Shown here: positions 1-19,820 of the stretch, piece after piece | Position numbering within the stretch: the stretch's first letter is position 1 | How the letters are laid out: every line of letters starts with the position of its first letter | Origin: Candidatus Eiseniibacteriota bacterium | Lineage (GTDB): Bacteria > Eisenbacteria > RBG-16-71-46 | Assembly: GCA_963717935.1 (NCBI GenBank) | Contig: CAVQXP010000004.1 | Span: 1-64,000, forward strand | Length of the DNA: 64,000 bases | Reading direction: 5' to 3' | Program-made: the position numbers and the translations under genes | Notes under the pieces: generated by a model | The model's database searches: none | What the model saw: only the letters and a program-made list of their open reading frames with translations | Told to the model about the DNA's origin: nothing

Positions 1-310
1 ACACTCACTTTCAACTCCATTGCTGTTTAGGTGCAAATGGTGGTTTGCACGTTATTGTGTATGCGGTTAGGGGTGGATATAAGATTTATTATTGTGGTTT
101 TGGCGGTTATGGTGCGCTGTGCTGCTTGCAGAATCAAAATGCAACCAGAAGCAATTTGCGTTATACGCAGATGCCAAAACAGGCGTAGCTGCCAAGTTTC
201 TAAGAAGTTGCTATAAGAGGGGTCCACAGCAACTTCTAAAATAGAAATTTGACCCACTCTCAAAACATATATCCTTGAGCCACCAGACAATGCTTAGGAG
301 CGCACACTAA

Positions 311-796
311 TTGGACTTTAAAGTTGTAAAGATTCAGCTACCCCCCGACTGCAACGTCATCTTGGGACAGGCGCACTTTATTAAAACCGCTGAAGACCTC
401 TACGAAGCCCTCGCTAACTCCGTGCCTAACATAAAATTTGGGTTAGGGTTCTGTGAAGCCTCCGGGCCCTGCTTGGTTCGCCATGAAGGTAACGATGAGG
501 AGCTACGGCGATTCGCTGCCCAAACGGCGCTTGAGATAGGCTGCGGGCACAGCTTTTTTATAGTTCTGAAAAACGCTTATCCGCTTAATGTGTTGGATAA
601 GGTTAAGCAGGTGCCTGAAGTCTGCGGCGTTTATGCGGCTACAGCAAACCCCCTTGAAGTACTCATAGCCGAAACCGAGGCGGGTCGAGGCATCATCGGC
701 GTAGTCGATGGCTGTAAAAGCAAAGGCGTAGAATCCGAAAAGGACAATGCGGAACGTAAAGCGTTTCTGCGCAAGATTGGCTACAAGTTAGGCTGA
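311..796 (+). CDS. Adenosine-specific kinase family protein (archaeal segment)
   Basis: 161 aa; N-terminal NVILGQAHFIKTAEDLYE, KFGLGFCEASGPCL, YAATANP and C-terminal FLRKIGYK are characteristic of this family. Confidence 0.85.
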   Translation: MDFKVVKIQLPPDCNVILGQAHFIKTAEDLYEALANSVPNIKFGLGFCEASGPCLVRHEGNDEELRRFAAQTALEIGCGHSFFIVLKNAYPLNVLDKVKQVPEVCGVYAATANPLEVLIAETEAGRGIIGVVDGCKSKGVESEKDNAERKAFLRKIGYKLG

Positions 797-1782
797 GCTT
801 TTTCTTGCTCACCTATTATGGTTTTTAGTAGGGATTGGTCGATGTTGCCGCCTGTGACTACTAAAGCTACCTTTTTGCCTTTGAATTCTTGAGGGTGCTC
901 AAGAAGTAAAGCTACGCCTGCCACAGCGGACCCTTCAACCACCAGCCCCTCCTCTTTACAGAGAAGGTATACTGCTTTTCTTATGGTTTCTTCCCTGACT
1001 AGCACAACCCTATCAACGTATTGTTGAACTATACCAAACGTGATGGAACCCGCTTCTATGCCTCCCGAGAGACCTTCAGCGATGGTTTTAGGTTCATGGC
1101 GATGCGGAGGTACAATTCGGCCTGCCTGTATGGATTCATACATTATTGGTACGGCTTGAGACTGAACGCCTATGACTTCGGTTGTTGGTTTTTGGCTTTT
1201 TACTGCGATGCTTATGCCTGAAATCAAGCCGCCTCCGCCTACCGGAACCACAACAACATCGATGTCAGGTTGTTGCTCAAGGATTTCTAGCCCCGCCGTG
1301 CCATGACCTGCAATAATATCTGCATCGTTGTAGGGTGAAATGTAGAGTTGCCCTTCCTCTTTTGCTATTTGCTTAGCCTTTGTTTCAGATTCGGGGTAAT
1401 TGGCTCCATAAAGCAGTAGGTCCGCGCCGAACCGTTTGATTCCTTCTACTTTAACTTGGGGGGTGTTGGTTGGCACAACTACTTTTGCTGAGAAGCCGAG
1501 TTCTTTTGCTCCAAACGCGACAGCTTGACCATGGTTTCCTGCTGATGCAGTCACTACGCCCCTGCTTTTTTCTTGGGGGCTTAAGGTGAGGAGTTTGTTC
1601 ATGACTCCTCTTACTTTGAAGGAATGTGTGGGTTGTAGATTTTCCAGTTTCAGGTAAATTTTTGCTTGAAATAATCCACTTAGGTATTGGCTCTGGCAAA
1701 GCGGAGTACGTTGGGCATAGGCTACGGTGGCTTTTTGTGCTTTCTTTATATCGTGAAATGTAACAGTCAAAATAATCGCCAA
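781..1782 (-). CDS. PLP-dependent threonine/serine dehydratase, no regulatory domain (archaeal segment)
   Basis: KLENLQPTHSFKVRG (PLP Lys), SAGNHG, PVGGGGLISG, TGGNID; start codon uncertain. Confidence 0.9.
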   Translation of the reverse strand: MAIILTVTFHDIKKAQKATVAYAQRTPLCQSQYLSGLFQAKIYLKLENLQPTHSFKVRGVMNKLLTLSPQEKSRGVVTASAGNHGQAVAFGAKELGFSAKVVVPTNTPQVKVEGIKRFGADLLLYGANYPESETKAKQIAKEEGQLYISPYNDADIIAGHGTAGLEILEQQPDIDVVVVPVGGGGLISGISIAVKSQKPTTEVIGVQSQAVPIMYESIQAGRIVPPHRHEPKTIAEGLSGGIEAGSITFGIVQQYVDRVVLVREETIRKAVYLLCKEEGLVVEGSAVAGVALLLEHPQEFKGKKVALVVTGGNIDQSLLKTIIGEQEKAQPNL

Positions 1783-1861
1783 AATACAACTGATAAAATA
1801 GTACCATAAACTATTTTAGCTTACAGCATTTCAGTTTTCTCTACACTAGGAAGCGAACTTT

Positions 1862-2590
1862 TTGGCGACACCATATGAACGGAATATGGCTCAACTTAAA
1901 GCCTACAAAGAACAACAAGACCAAGAACAAACAGAGCTCAAAGAACGCATGGGCAAAATCAAACACAAAATCGCCATCATAAGCGGTAAAGGCGGCGTCG
2001 GCAAAAGCACTGTAACCGTTAACTTGGCAACCGCGTTTGCTATGGAGGGCAAGCGGGTGGGCATTTTGGATGCAGATATTCACGGCCCCAGCGTCCCCCG
2101 ATTGTTAGGCCTTGAAGGTAAGCAGGTTAAAGCCAGTCCCGTCGGCGCTTTCCCCATCGAAGGGCCCTTAGGCATGAAGGTTATGTCGATTGATTTCTTC
2201 CTTAATGAGTCGTCGCCTACGATTTGGCGTGGGCCGCTCAAGATGCGGGCGATTAAGCAGTTTTTGACTGAGGTGGTTTGGGGTGAACTCGATTACCTCT
2301 TTATTGATTTGCCGCCTGGAACAGGGGATGAACCTCTCAGCATAGCCCAACTCCTTCCAGATATGGATGGCGTTGTCATCGTAACCATGCCCACCCAACT
2401 CAGCAGCAGTATTGTTAAAAAAGCAGTAACGTTCGCTGAACACCTCCACATGCAAACCATAGGCGTCGTCGAAAACATGTCAGGCTTCATATGCCCCCAC
2501 TGCGGCAAAAAAACCGAAATCTTCGGGGTCAGGCGGCGGCGAAAGAATGGCTAAAGAAGTCGGCGTACCATTTCTTGGCAGCATCCCCAT
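1862..2590 (+). CDS. mrp: Mrp/NBP35 (ApbC) Fe-S carrier ATPase; +1 frameshift at ~2526 and truncated at the chimeric junction
   Basis: [34 protein letters not shown]; removing one G from GGGG (2525-2528) restores [23 protein letters not shown], which stops at 2590. Confidence 0.9.
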
Positions 2591-3948
2591 ATGCCCGAGA
2601 TGACGGTCTGCCCCGAATCCTCGTCGGTGCGCACGCGAAAGGTGGGATCCTCCTCGGAGAGCCGCTGCAGGGCGTTCGCGAGCTTCTCCTCATCGATCTT
2701 GGACTTGGGCTCGATGGCCACATCCACGACCGGCTCCGGGAAGATCATGGCCTCGAGCGCGAGCGGGTGGTCCGGATCGCACAGCGTGTGGCCCGTGCTC
2801 ACCTTCTTGAAGCCGATGCCCGCCGCGATGTCGCCGACGAACACCTCGCTGGTCTCTTCCCGCTTGTTCGCATGCATCTGCACCAGGCGGCCGACGCGCT
2901 CGTTGCGCCCGGTGGCCACGTTCAGCACCTGGTCGCCGGTGCGGACCGAGCCGGAGTAGACCCGGAAGAACGTCAGCTTGCCGACGTACGGGTCGGTCGC
3001 GATCTTGAAGGCCAGGGCCGCGAACGGCTGGTCGTCGCTGGGTTCGCGCGTCACGCGCTGCCAGGTGTCGGTGGTGTGGCCCTGCACCGGCGGCATGTCG
3101 AGCGGCGAGGGCAGGTAGTCCACCACGGCGTCCAGCAGCCGCTGCACGCCCTTGTTGCGGTAGGCCGAGCCGCACAGCACGGGCTGGATGGCGCCCAGGA
3201 GCGTCCCCTTGCGCAGCGCGCGCCGGACGTCCTCCACGGTGCAGGGCTGCTCATGCAGGTAGCGGTCGAGCAACTGGTCGTCGAACTCGGCGATGGCCTC
3301 GAGCAGGTGGAAGCGCGCCTCGTCGGCGCGGACCCGCAGGTCGCGCGGGATGTCCTGGACTTCGAAGGTGGTGCCCTGGTTGGCCTCGTCGTAGGCGATG
3401 GCCTTCATCTCCACCAGGTCGATCAGCCCCTGGAACTGCTCCCCCAGGAACACCGGGACGTGGACGGGAACGGGCTTCGCGCCGAGGCGCTCGCGCATCA
3501 TCCGGACGACGTTGTCGAAGTCGGCGCCCACGCGGTCCATCTTGTTGACGAAGGCGATGCGCGGGACGTTGTACTTGTCCGCCTGGCGCCACACGGTCTC
3601 GGACTGGGGCTCGACGCCGCCCACGGCGCAGAACACGGCGACCGCGCCGTCGAGGATGCGCAGCGCGCGCTCCACCTCCACGGTGAAGTCGACGTGACCC
3701 GGGGTGTCGATGATGTTGATGCGGTGCCCGCGCCAGAAGCAGGTGGTGGCGGCGGAGGTGATGGTGATGCCGCGCTCCCGTTCCTGCTCCATCCAGTCCA
3801 TCGTGGCGACGCCGTCGTGCACCTCGCCCAGCTGGTGGATCCGGCCCGTATAGAAGAGCACGCGCTCGGTCAAGGTGGTCTTGCCGGCGTCGATATGGGC
3901 CATGATCCCGATGTTCCGGTATTGCTGGAGCGTGGTCTGCCGAGACAT
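2591..3948 (-). CDS. fusA: Elongation factor G, 3'-truncated at the junction (only ~450 aa present)
   Basis: [32 protein letters not shown]; sequence breaks at GQTVISG just before the conserved MGELHL. Confidence 0.97.
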
Positions 3949-4166
3949 GTACTGCGACTTCCTATCCGACGAAGGTTACCTCGAAGCACCACCTGCCTTT
4001 CCGTCGAAGAAAGCGCGGTGATGGGATGCGTGACCATCCGCAGTGTTCAGACCCGGCCCGGCACCTCTTCCGGGATCCGGGCCCAGGCCGGCCTCACGCC
4101 GACCTTCACCCGTCGATGGTGTCTTGAGCGATTCCAGCGCGGCCCGGTTCCTCCGGGCCTCGCGTC

Positions 4167-4637
4167 CTACCAGCGATAGTGCGCGAAGGCCTTGTTGGCC
4201 TCCGCCATCTTGTGCGTGTCCTCGCGCTTCTTCACGGCACCGCCCTCGTTCTTGGCGGCCGCCATGATCTCGGCAGCGAACTTCTCAGCGAACGTGTGGT
4301 CCGGGCGCTCGAGCGCGTAACCGATGATCCAGCGCGTCGCCAGAGCGTTCCGCCGGTCCGGACGGACCTCGACCGGCACCTGGTAATTGGCACCGCCGAC
4401 GCGCCGCGACTTGACCTCGAGCATGGGCTTGACGTTGGTCATCGCCATCTTGAGGACCGTCATCGCGTCCTGTCCGGTCTTCTGCTCGACCATCGTCATG
4501 GCGCCGTAGAAATGACGCTCGGCGATGGAGCGCTTACCGGTCTCCATCAGGCCGTTGATGAACCGCGTCACCAGGACACTGTCGTATTTCGGGTCCGCCG
4601 CAGGCTCCCGGCGTCTCACGAAACCCTTGCGAGGCAT
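4167..4637 (-). CDS. rpsG: 30S ribosomal protein S7
   Basis: MPRKG..., EVKSRRVGGANYQVPVEV, HKMAEANKAFAHYRW. Confidence 0.99.
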   Translation of the reverse strand: MPRKGFVRRREPAADPKYDSVLVTRFINGLMETGKRSIAERHFYGAMTMVEQKTGQDAMTVLKMAMTNVKPMLEVKSRRVGGANYQVPVEVRPDRRNALATRWIIGYALERPDHTFAEKFAAEIMAAAKNEGGAVKKREDTHKMAEANKAFAHYRW

Positions 4638-4742
4638 GCGCCTTTCCTCTCCTCATTCGAGCGAGCGCCCTCTGGAGAAAACGCTCCGGGGGCGATCCGG
4701 TGACGCGCCTGCGGGGCCCGTGGGCCCGCGCCATTCGCGCCG

Positions 4743-5111
4743 CTACTTCGACTTGGTGCCGTACTTCGATCGGCTCTGCTTGCGCCCACCCACCCCGCTC
4801 GCGTCCAGCGTGCCGCGGATGATGTGGTAACGCACACCCGGCAGGTCCTTCACGCGGCCCCCGCGGATGAGCACGATCGAGTGCTCCTGCAGGTTGTGGC
4901 CTTCGCCCGGGATGTAGCAGGTGACTTCCATGCCGTTGACCAGCCGCACGCGCGCCACCTTCCGCAGCGCCGAGTTCGGCTTCTTCGGCGTCGTCGTGTA
5001 CACGCGCGTGCACACGCCGCGCTTCTGCGGGCTGCCCTTCAGCGCGGGCGCACCGGTCTTCGTCTTGATCGGCCGCCGACCATGGCGGATCAACTGGTTC
5101 AGCGTGGGCAC
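4743..5111 (-). CDS. rpsL: 30S ribosomal protein S12
   Basis: GTG start after [36 protein letters not shown]. Confidence 0.99.
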   Translation of the reverse strand: MPTLNQLIRHGRRPIKTKTGAPALKGSPQKRGVCTRVYTTTPKKPNSALRKVARVRLVNGMEVTCYIPGEGHNLQEHSIVLIRGGRVKDLPGVRYHIIRGTLDASGVGGRKQSRSKYGTKSK

Positions 5112-5210
5112 GGATGTCCTCCAACCACTTGTCGATAATGGGATTGCGCGGTCAGTCTGGCCACGGCACCCGCGAGGGAAAGACACGCACCGTTGCCGCG
5201 CAGACCGGGG

Positions 5211-5239
5211 AATCTAAGAGCTTGGCCTTTGCTTGTCAA
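5211..5239 (-). promoter_or_regulatory. Sigma70-type promoter of the str operon
   Basis: TTGACA (5239-5234) - 17 nt - TAGATT (5216-5211), immediately after the rpoC stop. Confidence 0.8.
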
Positions 5240-5243
5240 GGTG

Positions 5244-9455
<4,212 letters not shown>

Positions 9456-9535
9456 TCCATTCTCCTCGAACGGGCCCGGTCGACGTTGCGGTCACTCCGC
9501 GCCGTGGACCGGGACCGGATGCTGTCAGGACCGGC

Positions 9536-13405
<3,870 letters not shown>

Positions 13406-13561
13406 GGCCTTCCCGCCTTTCTCAATGGGGAAGCGTGTCGCTAGCGGCGCCGATAGCCCGGAACCGGGGCCCCCGCGGCGCACCGTCGAGCGGTGCAGCC
13501 AATTCCGGGCCGGTTCCAGGCACGACGCTGGCGATCAACTTCTGGAGAGAGCGGTCCGTGG

Positions 13562-13939
13562 CTACTTGATCTCGACGGACGCGCCCTGCTCCTCGAGCTT
13601 CGCCTTGACCTCTTGCGCTTCGGCCTTCGCGATCTTCTCCTTCACGGCCTTGGGGGCGCCGTCCACCAGATCCTTCGCCTCCTTCAGGCCCAGACCCGTC
13701 AACTCGCGCACGACCTTGATGACCTGGATCTTCTTCTCGCCCGCGCCGGTGAGGATCACGTCGAACTCCGTCTGCTCCTCGACCGCGGCTGCGGCACCGG
13801 CACCGGGCGCGGCTGCCATCATCATCGGGGCAGCTGCCGTGACGCCGAACTTCTCCTCGTAGGCCTTCTTCAACTCGGAGAGCTCCATCACGGACATGTT
13901 GGCAATCAGGTCGAGCACCTGGTCGATGGTGGTGGACAT
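13562..13939 (-). CDS. rplL: 50S ribosomal protein L7/L12
   Basis: [11 protein letters not shown], Ala hinge, [23 protein letters not shown]. Confidence 0.99.
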   Translation of the reverse strand: MSTTIDQVLDLIANMSVMELSELKKAYEEKFGVTAAAPMMMAAAPGAGAAAAVEEQTEFDVILTGAGEKKIQVIKVVRELTGLGLKEAKDLVDGAPKAVKEKIAKAEAQEVKAKLEEQGASVEIK

Positions 13940-14015
13940 GGGTTGGATCTCCTTCTGCGGTTGCGTGGGTTTCGTTTTGAAAACCTGGTCGCGGGCCAGG
14001 CCCGCGAATCGTTCG

Positions 14016-14540
14016 TCAGGAAGCCTTGCTCTTCTCGCGTTCGAGCACGTCGGCCATGATCGAGGGCAGACGCAGTGTGGCGTCGATCGCGGAGAGGAAG
14101 GTCGTCATCGGGGCGATGATCGTACCCAGCAACTGGGACAGCATCACCTCGTAACTGGGCAGAGTGGCCAGCACGGCGACCGCCTTCGGCTCGTAGAGCC
14201 GGCCGTCCACCACCGCCGCCTTGATCCGCGGTTTCTCCTTGTCCTTGGCGAAGTCCGTCAGGATCTTCGCCGGGCTCACCTCGCTGACCTGGCTGAACAC
14301 CACGCCCGTGGGTCCCTCGAGGTACGGGTCCAGCGCGGTGATCCCGCGCTCGTGGAACGCGCGCTTCAGCAGCGTGTTCTTGACGACCCGGAACTGCACC
14401 TGCTGCTCGCGGCACTTCGCGCGCAGCCGCGAGAGCGACTCGACGTCCATGCCACTGAAGTCGGCAAGGAACACGCCGCGCACGCCTTCGAGCCGCGCGT
14501 TCGTCTCCTGGAGGATCTTGATCTTCTGGGGAGTCGGCAT
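14016..14540 (-). CDS. rplJ: 50S ribosomal protein L10
   Basis: [16 protein letters not shown]; located between rplA and rplL. Confidence 0.97.
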   Translation of the reverse strand: MPTPQKIKILQETNARLEGVRGVFLADFSGMDVESLSRLRAKCREQQVQFRVVKNTLLKRAFHERGITALDPYLEGPTGVVFSQVSEVSPAKILTDFAKDKEKPRIKAAVVDGRLYEPKAVAVLATLPSYEVMLSQLLGTIIAPMTTFLSAIDATLRLPSIMADVLEREKSKAS

Positions 14541-14552
14541 CGGTCGGTCCTC

Positions 14553-15263
14553 CTAGTGCCCGAGGTCGGCCGTGACGGTCGCCGGGTCCAGCACGATGCC
14601 GGGTCCCATCGTGGCGCTGATGGTGAGTGTCTTGATGTAGGCACCCTTCGCGGCGGCGGGCCGGGCCCGCACGAGCTCGCGCAGGAAGGTCCGGGCGTTC
14701 TCGAGCAACTGGTCCTCGCCGAACGACGCCTTGCCCACAGGGGCATGCACGTTGGAGCCCTTGTCCACGCGGAACTCGATCTTGCCCGCCTTGAGCTCCT
14801 TCACGGCCTTGGCGACGTCGAACGTCACCGTGCCGCTCTTGGGGTTCGGCATCAGCCCGCGCGGTCCGAGCACGCGACCAAGCTTGCCGACCTCGCCCAT
14901 CATGTCCGGTGTGGCGACGATGGCGTCGACGTCCAGCCAGCCCTGCTGGATCTTCTGGACGTAGTCCTCGGCGCCGACGAAATCCGCACCGGCCGCCTCG
15001 GCCTCCTTCGCCTTGTCGCCCTTGGTCAGCACGAGCACCCGCAGACTCTTGCCGGTGCCGTGCGGCAGAACCACCGTGCCACGGACCAACTGGTCCGAGT
15101 GCCGGGGGTCCACGCCAAGGTGGGATGAGACCACGATGGTCTCGTCGAACTTCGCGTGCGCGGTCTGCTTGACGACCCGCACGGCTTCGGCCAGGTCCCG
15201 GACCTGACCCGCCTGCCGTGCGATGTCCGCCGCGGCGCGATAACGCTTGCCGTGTCGTTTCAT
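14553..15263 (-). CDS. rplA: 50S ribosomal protein L1
   Basis: ATG after [39 protein letters not shown]. Confidence 0.98.
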   Translation of the reverse strand: MKRHGKRYRAAADIARQAGQVRDLAEAVRVVKQTAHAKFDETIVVSSHLGVDPRHSDQLVRGTVVLPHGTGKSLRVLVLTKGDKAKEAEAAGADFVGAEDYVQKIQQGWLDVDAIVATPDMMGEVGKLGRVLGPRGLMPNPKSGTVTFDVAKAVKELKAGKIEFRVDKGSNVHAPVGKASFGEDQLLENARTFLRELVRARPAAAKGAYIKTLTISATMGPGIVLDPATVTADLGH

Positions 15264-15273
15264 GGATCCTCCC

Positions 15274-15309
15274 GTGGTGCCGGCGTGGCGGGCTCTCCGC
15301 CACTCCCAC
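15274..15309 (-). promoter_or_regulatory. Putative L1-binding autoregulatory hairpin upstream of rplA
   Basis: GUGGGAG-UGGCG/CGCCA-...-ACCAC: stem, internal loop and stem abutting the rplA SD, resembling L1 target mimics. Confidence 0.4.
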
Positions 15310-15493
15310 GCGGTTCTGCTCGACGATGTCCGTGCTGTCCGCACCCGGGGGCCTGCTGCCCGGCGCGGATTCAAAGCTCCGACCCCTGCGTGCGCCCCGA
15401 GACACGGCGACCGCCCGCAGGCTGAACTACCCCCCTGACCGCCAGGGCCGCACCACCAGGCACGCCCGGGACCGCAAGCAGGGCCCTCGCAGT

Positions 15494-15694
15494 CTAGTTG
15501 GTGAACTCCTCCTCGACCGCGTCCAACTCGGCTTCGGTGGCGTAGCCTTCCTTCACCACCCAGTCGAGCGTCTCGTTCAGATCCTTGATGGCATGCTCTC
15601 CGTCCGCCACCCGGGCCCGGACGATCTCGTAGATCTCACGCGGGGTCTTGCCCTTGAGGAGCTGCTCAGCCTCTTCCTTGGTCAGCGTCACCAT
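15494..15694 (-). CDS. Small acidic hypothetical protein (66 aa) between rplK and rplA
   Basis: Purine-rich SD (GAAGGGA) 16 nt after the rplK stop; host-like G/C-ending codons; helical-looking sequence. Confidence 0.7.
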   Translation of the reverse strand: MVTLTKEEAEQLLKGKTPREIYEIVRARVADGEHAIKDLNETLDWVVKEGYATEAELDAVEEEFTN

Positions 15695-15710
15695 CCGGTC
15701 TCATCCCTTC

Positions 15711-16136
15711 TCAGTCTTCGAGCTCGATGCCCATGCTGCGGGCGGTTCCCAACACCATCCGCTCGGCGCCGTCGACGGTCGCAGAATTCAGGTCGGGCGC
15801 CTTGAGCTCGGCAATCTCGCGGACCTGTGCGCGAGACACCTTGCCGACCTTGGTCCGGTTCGGAACCCCGGAACCCTTGGCCAACCCGGCCGCCCGCTTG
15901 AGCAGGATCGCGGCCGGAGGCGTCTTCATCACGAACGTGAAGGAACGGTCCTTGTAGACCGTGATCACGACCGGGATCACGAGTCCCGCCTGGTGCTGGG
16001 TCTTGGCGTTGAACTGCTTGCAGAACTCCATGATGTTGATGCCGTGCTGCCCGAGCGCCGGCCCGACAGGCGGCGCAGGCGTGGCGCTGCCGGCGTTACA
16101 CTGCAGCTTCACCACGGCCTGAATCGGCTTCGCCAT
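15711..16136 (-). CDS. rplK: 50S ribosomal protein L11
   Basis: [35 protein letters not shown]. Confidence 0.99.
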   Translation of the reverse strand: MAKPIQAVVKLQCNAGSATPAPPVGPALGQHGINIMEFCKQFNAKTQHQAGLVIPVVITVYKDRSFTFVMKTPPAAILLKRAAGLAKGSGVPNRTKVGKVSRAQVREIAELKAPDLNSATVDGAERMVLGTARSMGIELED

Positions 16137-16192
16137 TCTGTTCCTCCCGGGCCCGAACGCAGCCCGACTGCTCCCCCACCGGTCGCGCGACG

Positions 16193-16723
16193 CTAGACCG
16201 GCTGCACCTGCAGGAAGTCGAGCTCGACAGGCGTCTGGCGCCCGAAGATGCTCACCATCACCTTGATCTTGCCGCGCTCGTTGTTGACCTCGTCCACCAC
16301 GCCGTTGAAGCCATTGAATGGACCGTCCCCGACGCGCACGTGGTCGCCCACGCGGAACTGCACGTTCGGCGCGGGCTTCGACTTGGTCTGCTCCATCTGC
16401 CCGAGGACGCGCCGGACTTCGTTCTCCTTGAGGGGGACGGGCGTCTTGTTCGGCCCGATGAAGCCCGTCACCCCGGGGACGTTCTGCACCAGATGGCGCG
16501 TCTCGTCGCTGAGGTCCATCTCGATGATCACGTAGGAGGGGAAGGTCTTGCGCTTGGACGTCTTGCGCTTCCCGTCCTTCATCTCGACGTACTCCTCCTT
16601 CGCCACCAGGACCTCGCCGAATTGCTCGATCAGCGCGGCGGCCTGGATGGCCTTGCGGAGGTTCTCTCTCACCTTGTCCTCGTGGCCCGAGTAGGTGTGG
16701 ACCACGTACCACTTCTTGCTCAT
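16193..16723 (-). CDS. nusG: Transcription termination/antitermination factor NusG
   Basis: [19 protein letters not shown] motif [23 protein letters not shown]. Confidence 0.99.
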   Translation of the reverse strand: MSKKWYVVHTYSGHEDKVRENLRKAIQAAALIEQFGEVLVAKEEYVEMKDGKRKTSKRKTFPSYVIIEMDLSDETRHLVQNVPGVTGFIGPNKTPVPLKENEVRRVLGQMEQTKSKPAPNVQFRVGDHVRVGDGPFNGFNGVVDEVNNERGKIKVMVSIFGRQTPVELDFLQVQPV

Positions 16724-16802
16724 GTGCCTTCCCGATTCCCGGGAGCCGCCTCCCGCCTGCCTCGATCGGCAGACACGGCGCGCACCGCTCCGGGTCAGCG
16801 CC

Positions 16803-16994
16803 CTAGCGGAACAGCAGCCTCACCCCGAGCTGGAGGATGTAATCCACGATCCCCACGAAGACCGAAATCAGGAGCACCGCGACGATCACGACGATGGTCG
16901 AGGCGCGCAACTCCTGCCGGGTCGGCCAGCTGACCTTGGTGGACTCCACCTTCACTTCTCTGACGAACTCACGGACCTGCATGGTCCACGCCAT
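16803..16994 (-). CDS. secE: Preprotein translocase subunit SecE
   Basis: EVKVESTKVSWPTRQEL plus one TM helix; canonical position between tRNA-Trp and nusG. Confidence 0.95.
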   Translation of the reverse strand: MAWTMQVREFVREVKVESTKVSWPTRQELRASTIVVIVAVLLISVFVGIVDYILQLGVRLLFR

Positions 16995-17064
16995 CTGTGC
17001 GTCCTCTCGGAGGAGGTCTCGTTCATGCGCGGCCGGAGCCGCCTGGTTCCACACGCCGCCGGGC

Positions 17065-17141
17065 TGGCAGGCCTGGAGGGATTCGAACCCCCGACACCCG
17101 GTTTTGGAGACCGGTGCTCTAGCCAGCTGAGCTACAGGCCT
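17065..17141 (-). tRNA. tRNA-Trp (CCA)
   Basis: Cloverleaf; anticodon stem CCGGT-ctCCAaa-ACCGG; GTTCGAATC T-loop; encoded CCA end. Confidence 0.97.
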
Positions 17142-17301
17142 ACCCTGTGCTCGGGCCGCTGTGAGTCGGTCGTCTGCTGCATTGCTCGGTCGCTCGGCGC
17201 GGCGACGCATCTTCCGATACGGATCGCTTCCCTCGCGCCTTGCAGCCGACCCGACTCACGACGGCCCCTGATCACCCCGCACTGCCACACCGTGCCGCGT
17301 G

Positions 17302-17451
17302 TTACCGCGTTTCCTTGTGGGCCGTGTGCTTCCGGCAGGCCGGGCAGTACTTCTTCTGTTCGACCCGGTCCGGATGCAGGCGCTTGTTCTTCTTCGTGAT
17401 GTAGTTGCGATGCTTGCAGTCGTTGCAGGCGAGGATGACCTGGTCTCTCAT
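17302..17451 (-). CDS. rpmG: 50S ribosomal protein L33 (Zn-ribbon type), below the ORF-track length cut-off
   Basis: Manual translation: [49 protein letters not shown]. Confidence 0.96.
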   Translation of the reverse strand: MRDQVILACNDCKHRNYITKKNKRLHPDRVEQKKYCPACRKHTAHKETR

Positions 17452-17485
17452 GATGTCCCGTCTCCGCTTCCGGGCGATCGGCCTC

Positions 17486-18685
<1,200 letters not shown>

Positions 18686-18905
18686 TCCAGGGCTCCTGTC
18701 TGCGGTGTGGCGGTGTTGAGGTCTCTGTTCGGCGGGCGCCGCGGCGGGAGTCACCGGCCGCCGCGACTCCCTTGCGTGGCCCTGCCGGCCGAATCAGCCC
18801 AGCGCGGTGCCCGGCACCGCTCGATCTACCTGCTGCTTACATCACCCCGGCTGGCCGCGCGACCTGCGCGCGCCACACCGGGAGCCGAGTCCATCCTGCG
18901 AGAAC

Positions 18906-18981
18906 TGGAGCCCACGAGCGGAATCGAACCGCTGACCTTTTGCTTACCATGCAAATGCTCTACCGACTGAGCTACGTGGGC
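18906..18981 (-). tRNA. tRNA-Thr (GGT)
   Basis: GCCCACG acceptor stem, TTTGC-atGGTaa-GCAAA anticodon arm, CCA end. Confidence 0.96.
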
Positions 18982-19148
18982 GTTGGACACCGAGACGTGC
19001 AAAGGCAAGCCAGGAACGGGCCTTCTCGAAGCGATGGAGCAAGGCGACCCAACCCCGGAGAATTTGCTCCGCGTCCGGGTGTAGAAAGACGCACTTCCCC
19101 AAGCCGGCTTCTCAAGTGAAAAAGCCGTCGGGGAATAGCGGGCACGGA

Positions 19149-19177
19149 AATCTAAGCCCCAGCCACTCCGATGTCAA
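19149..19177 (-). promoter_or_regulatory. Sigma70-type promoter upstream of tRNA-Thr(GGT)-tuf
   Basis: TTGACA (19177-19172) - 17 nt - TAGATT (19154-19149). Confidence 0.8.
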
Positions 19178-19278
19178 TGCGGGAAGCAGAGAAAAGTGAG
19201 ACCCGCCGCTGCGCCAGGGACCGTGCCGCTGGCGGGCGGTCTCCAGAGAACCCTGGAAATTACTACCACCAAGGAGGA

Positions 19279-19354
19279 TGGAGCGGGAAACGGGATTCGA
19301 ACCCGCGACCCTCAGCTTGGAAGGCTGACGCTCTAGCCGCTGAGCTATTCCCGC
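19279..19354 (-). tRNA. tRNA-Gly (TCC)
   Basis: GCGGGAA acceptor stem, TCAGC-ctTCCaa-GCTGA anticodon arm, CCA end. Confidence 0.97.
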
Positions 19355-19378
19355 TCAAGCCGTTGATCACAAACAGGA

Positions 19379-19463
19379 TGGTGGAGGGGGGAGGATTCGA
19401 ACCTCCGAAGGCTTCGCCGACAGATTTACAGTCTGTTCCCTTTGACCGCTCGGGAACCCCTCC
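19379..19463 (-). tRNA. tRNA-Tyr (GTA)
   Basis: ACAGA-ctGTAaa-TCTGT anticodon arm, long variable arm, CCA end. Confidence 0.97.
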
Positions 19464-19581
19464 ACACCTGCGGAAGCAGGACATCTCCCAAGTAACGTCC
19501 CGGAAAGGACCTACTCGAATCGCGACGTCCAGGGTCCGGCAGGCACCCGCCCACGACGAGGGCGGACCCGGATCGCTGCTG

Positions 19582-19654
19582 AGCTGGCGAAGGGACTCGA
19601 ACCCCCAACCACCTCATTACAAATGAGATGCTCTACCAATTGAGCTACGCCAGC
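19582..19654 (-). tRNA. tRNA-Thr (TGT), CCA not encoded
   Basis: GCTGGCG acceptor stem, TCTCA-ttTGTaa-TGAGG anticodon arm; followed by CAG rather than CCA. Confidence 0.94.
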
Positions 19655-19687
19655 AGACCCAGGATCTCGCGCAAGAAGAGCAAGGTC

Positions 19688-19716
19688 AAGATAGACAGCG
19701 CACTCGGGGCTGTCAA
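19688..19716 (-). promoter_or_regulatory. Sigma70-type promoter of the tRNA operon
   Basis: TTGACA (19716-19711) - 17 nt - TATCTT (19693-19688). Confidence 0.8.
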
Positions 19717-19773
19717 GACGCGGGGAGGGAATCACCGGCCGATCTGCGCTCCCGGGAGGCCCGGCCACCAGCG

Positions 19774-19820
19774 AAAAGGCAGCCAAGTGAAGTGAACCTG
19801 AGTCCACTCTCTGGCTGCCT
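19774..19820 (-). terminator. Intrinsic terminator ending the putative sigma54-dependent RNA
   Basis: AGGCAGCCA/TGGCTGCCT outer stem, AGTGGAC/GTTCACT inner stem, followed by a short U-tract. Confidence 0.7.

Noticed and set aside
27..290. ORFs 27-290 (-) and 31-216 (+)
   Set aside because: No motifs, homology or start context to support them.
2551..2590. Novel C-terminus ([13 protein letters not shown]) on a 'short EF-G'
   Set aside because: It is the antisense of the archaeal mrp sequence beyond the junction, not a real EF-G variant.
2491..4179. 562-aa plus-strand ORF spanning the junction
   Set aside because: Antisense to fusA and created by the chimeric join.
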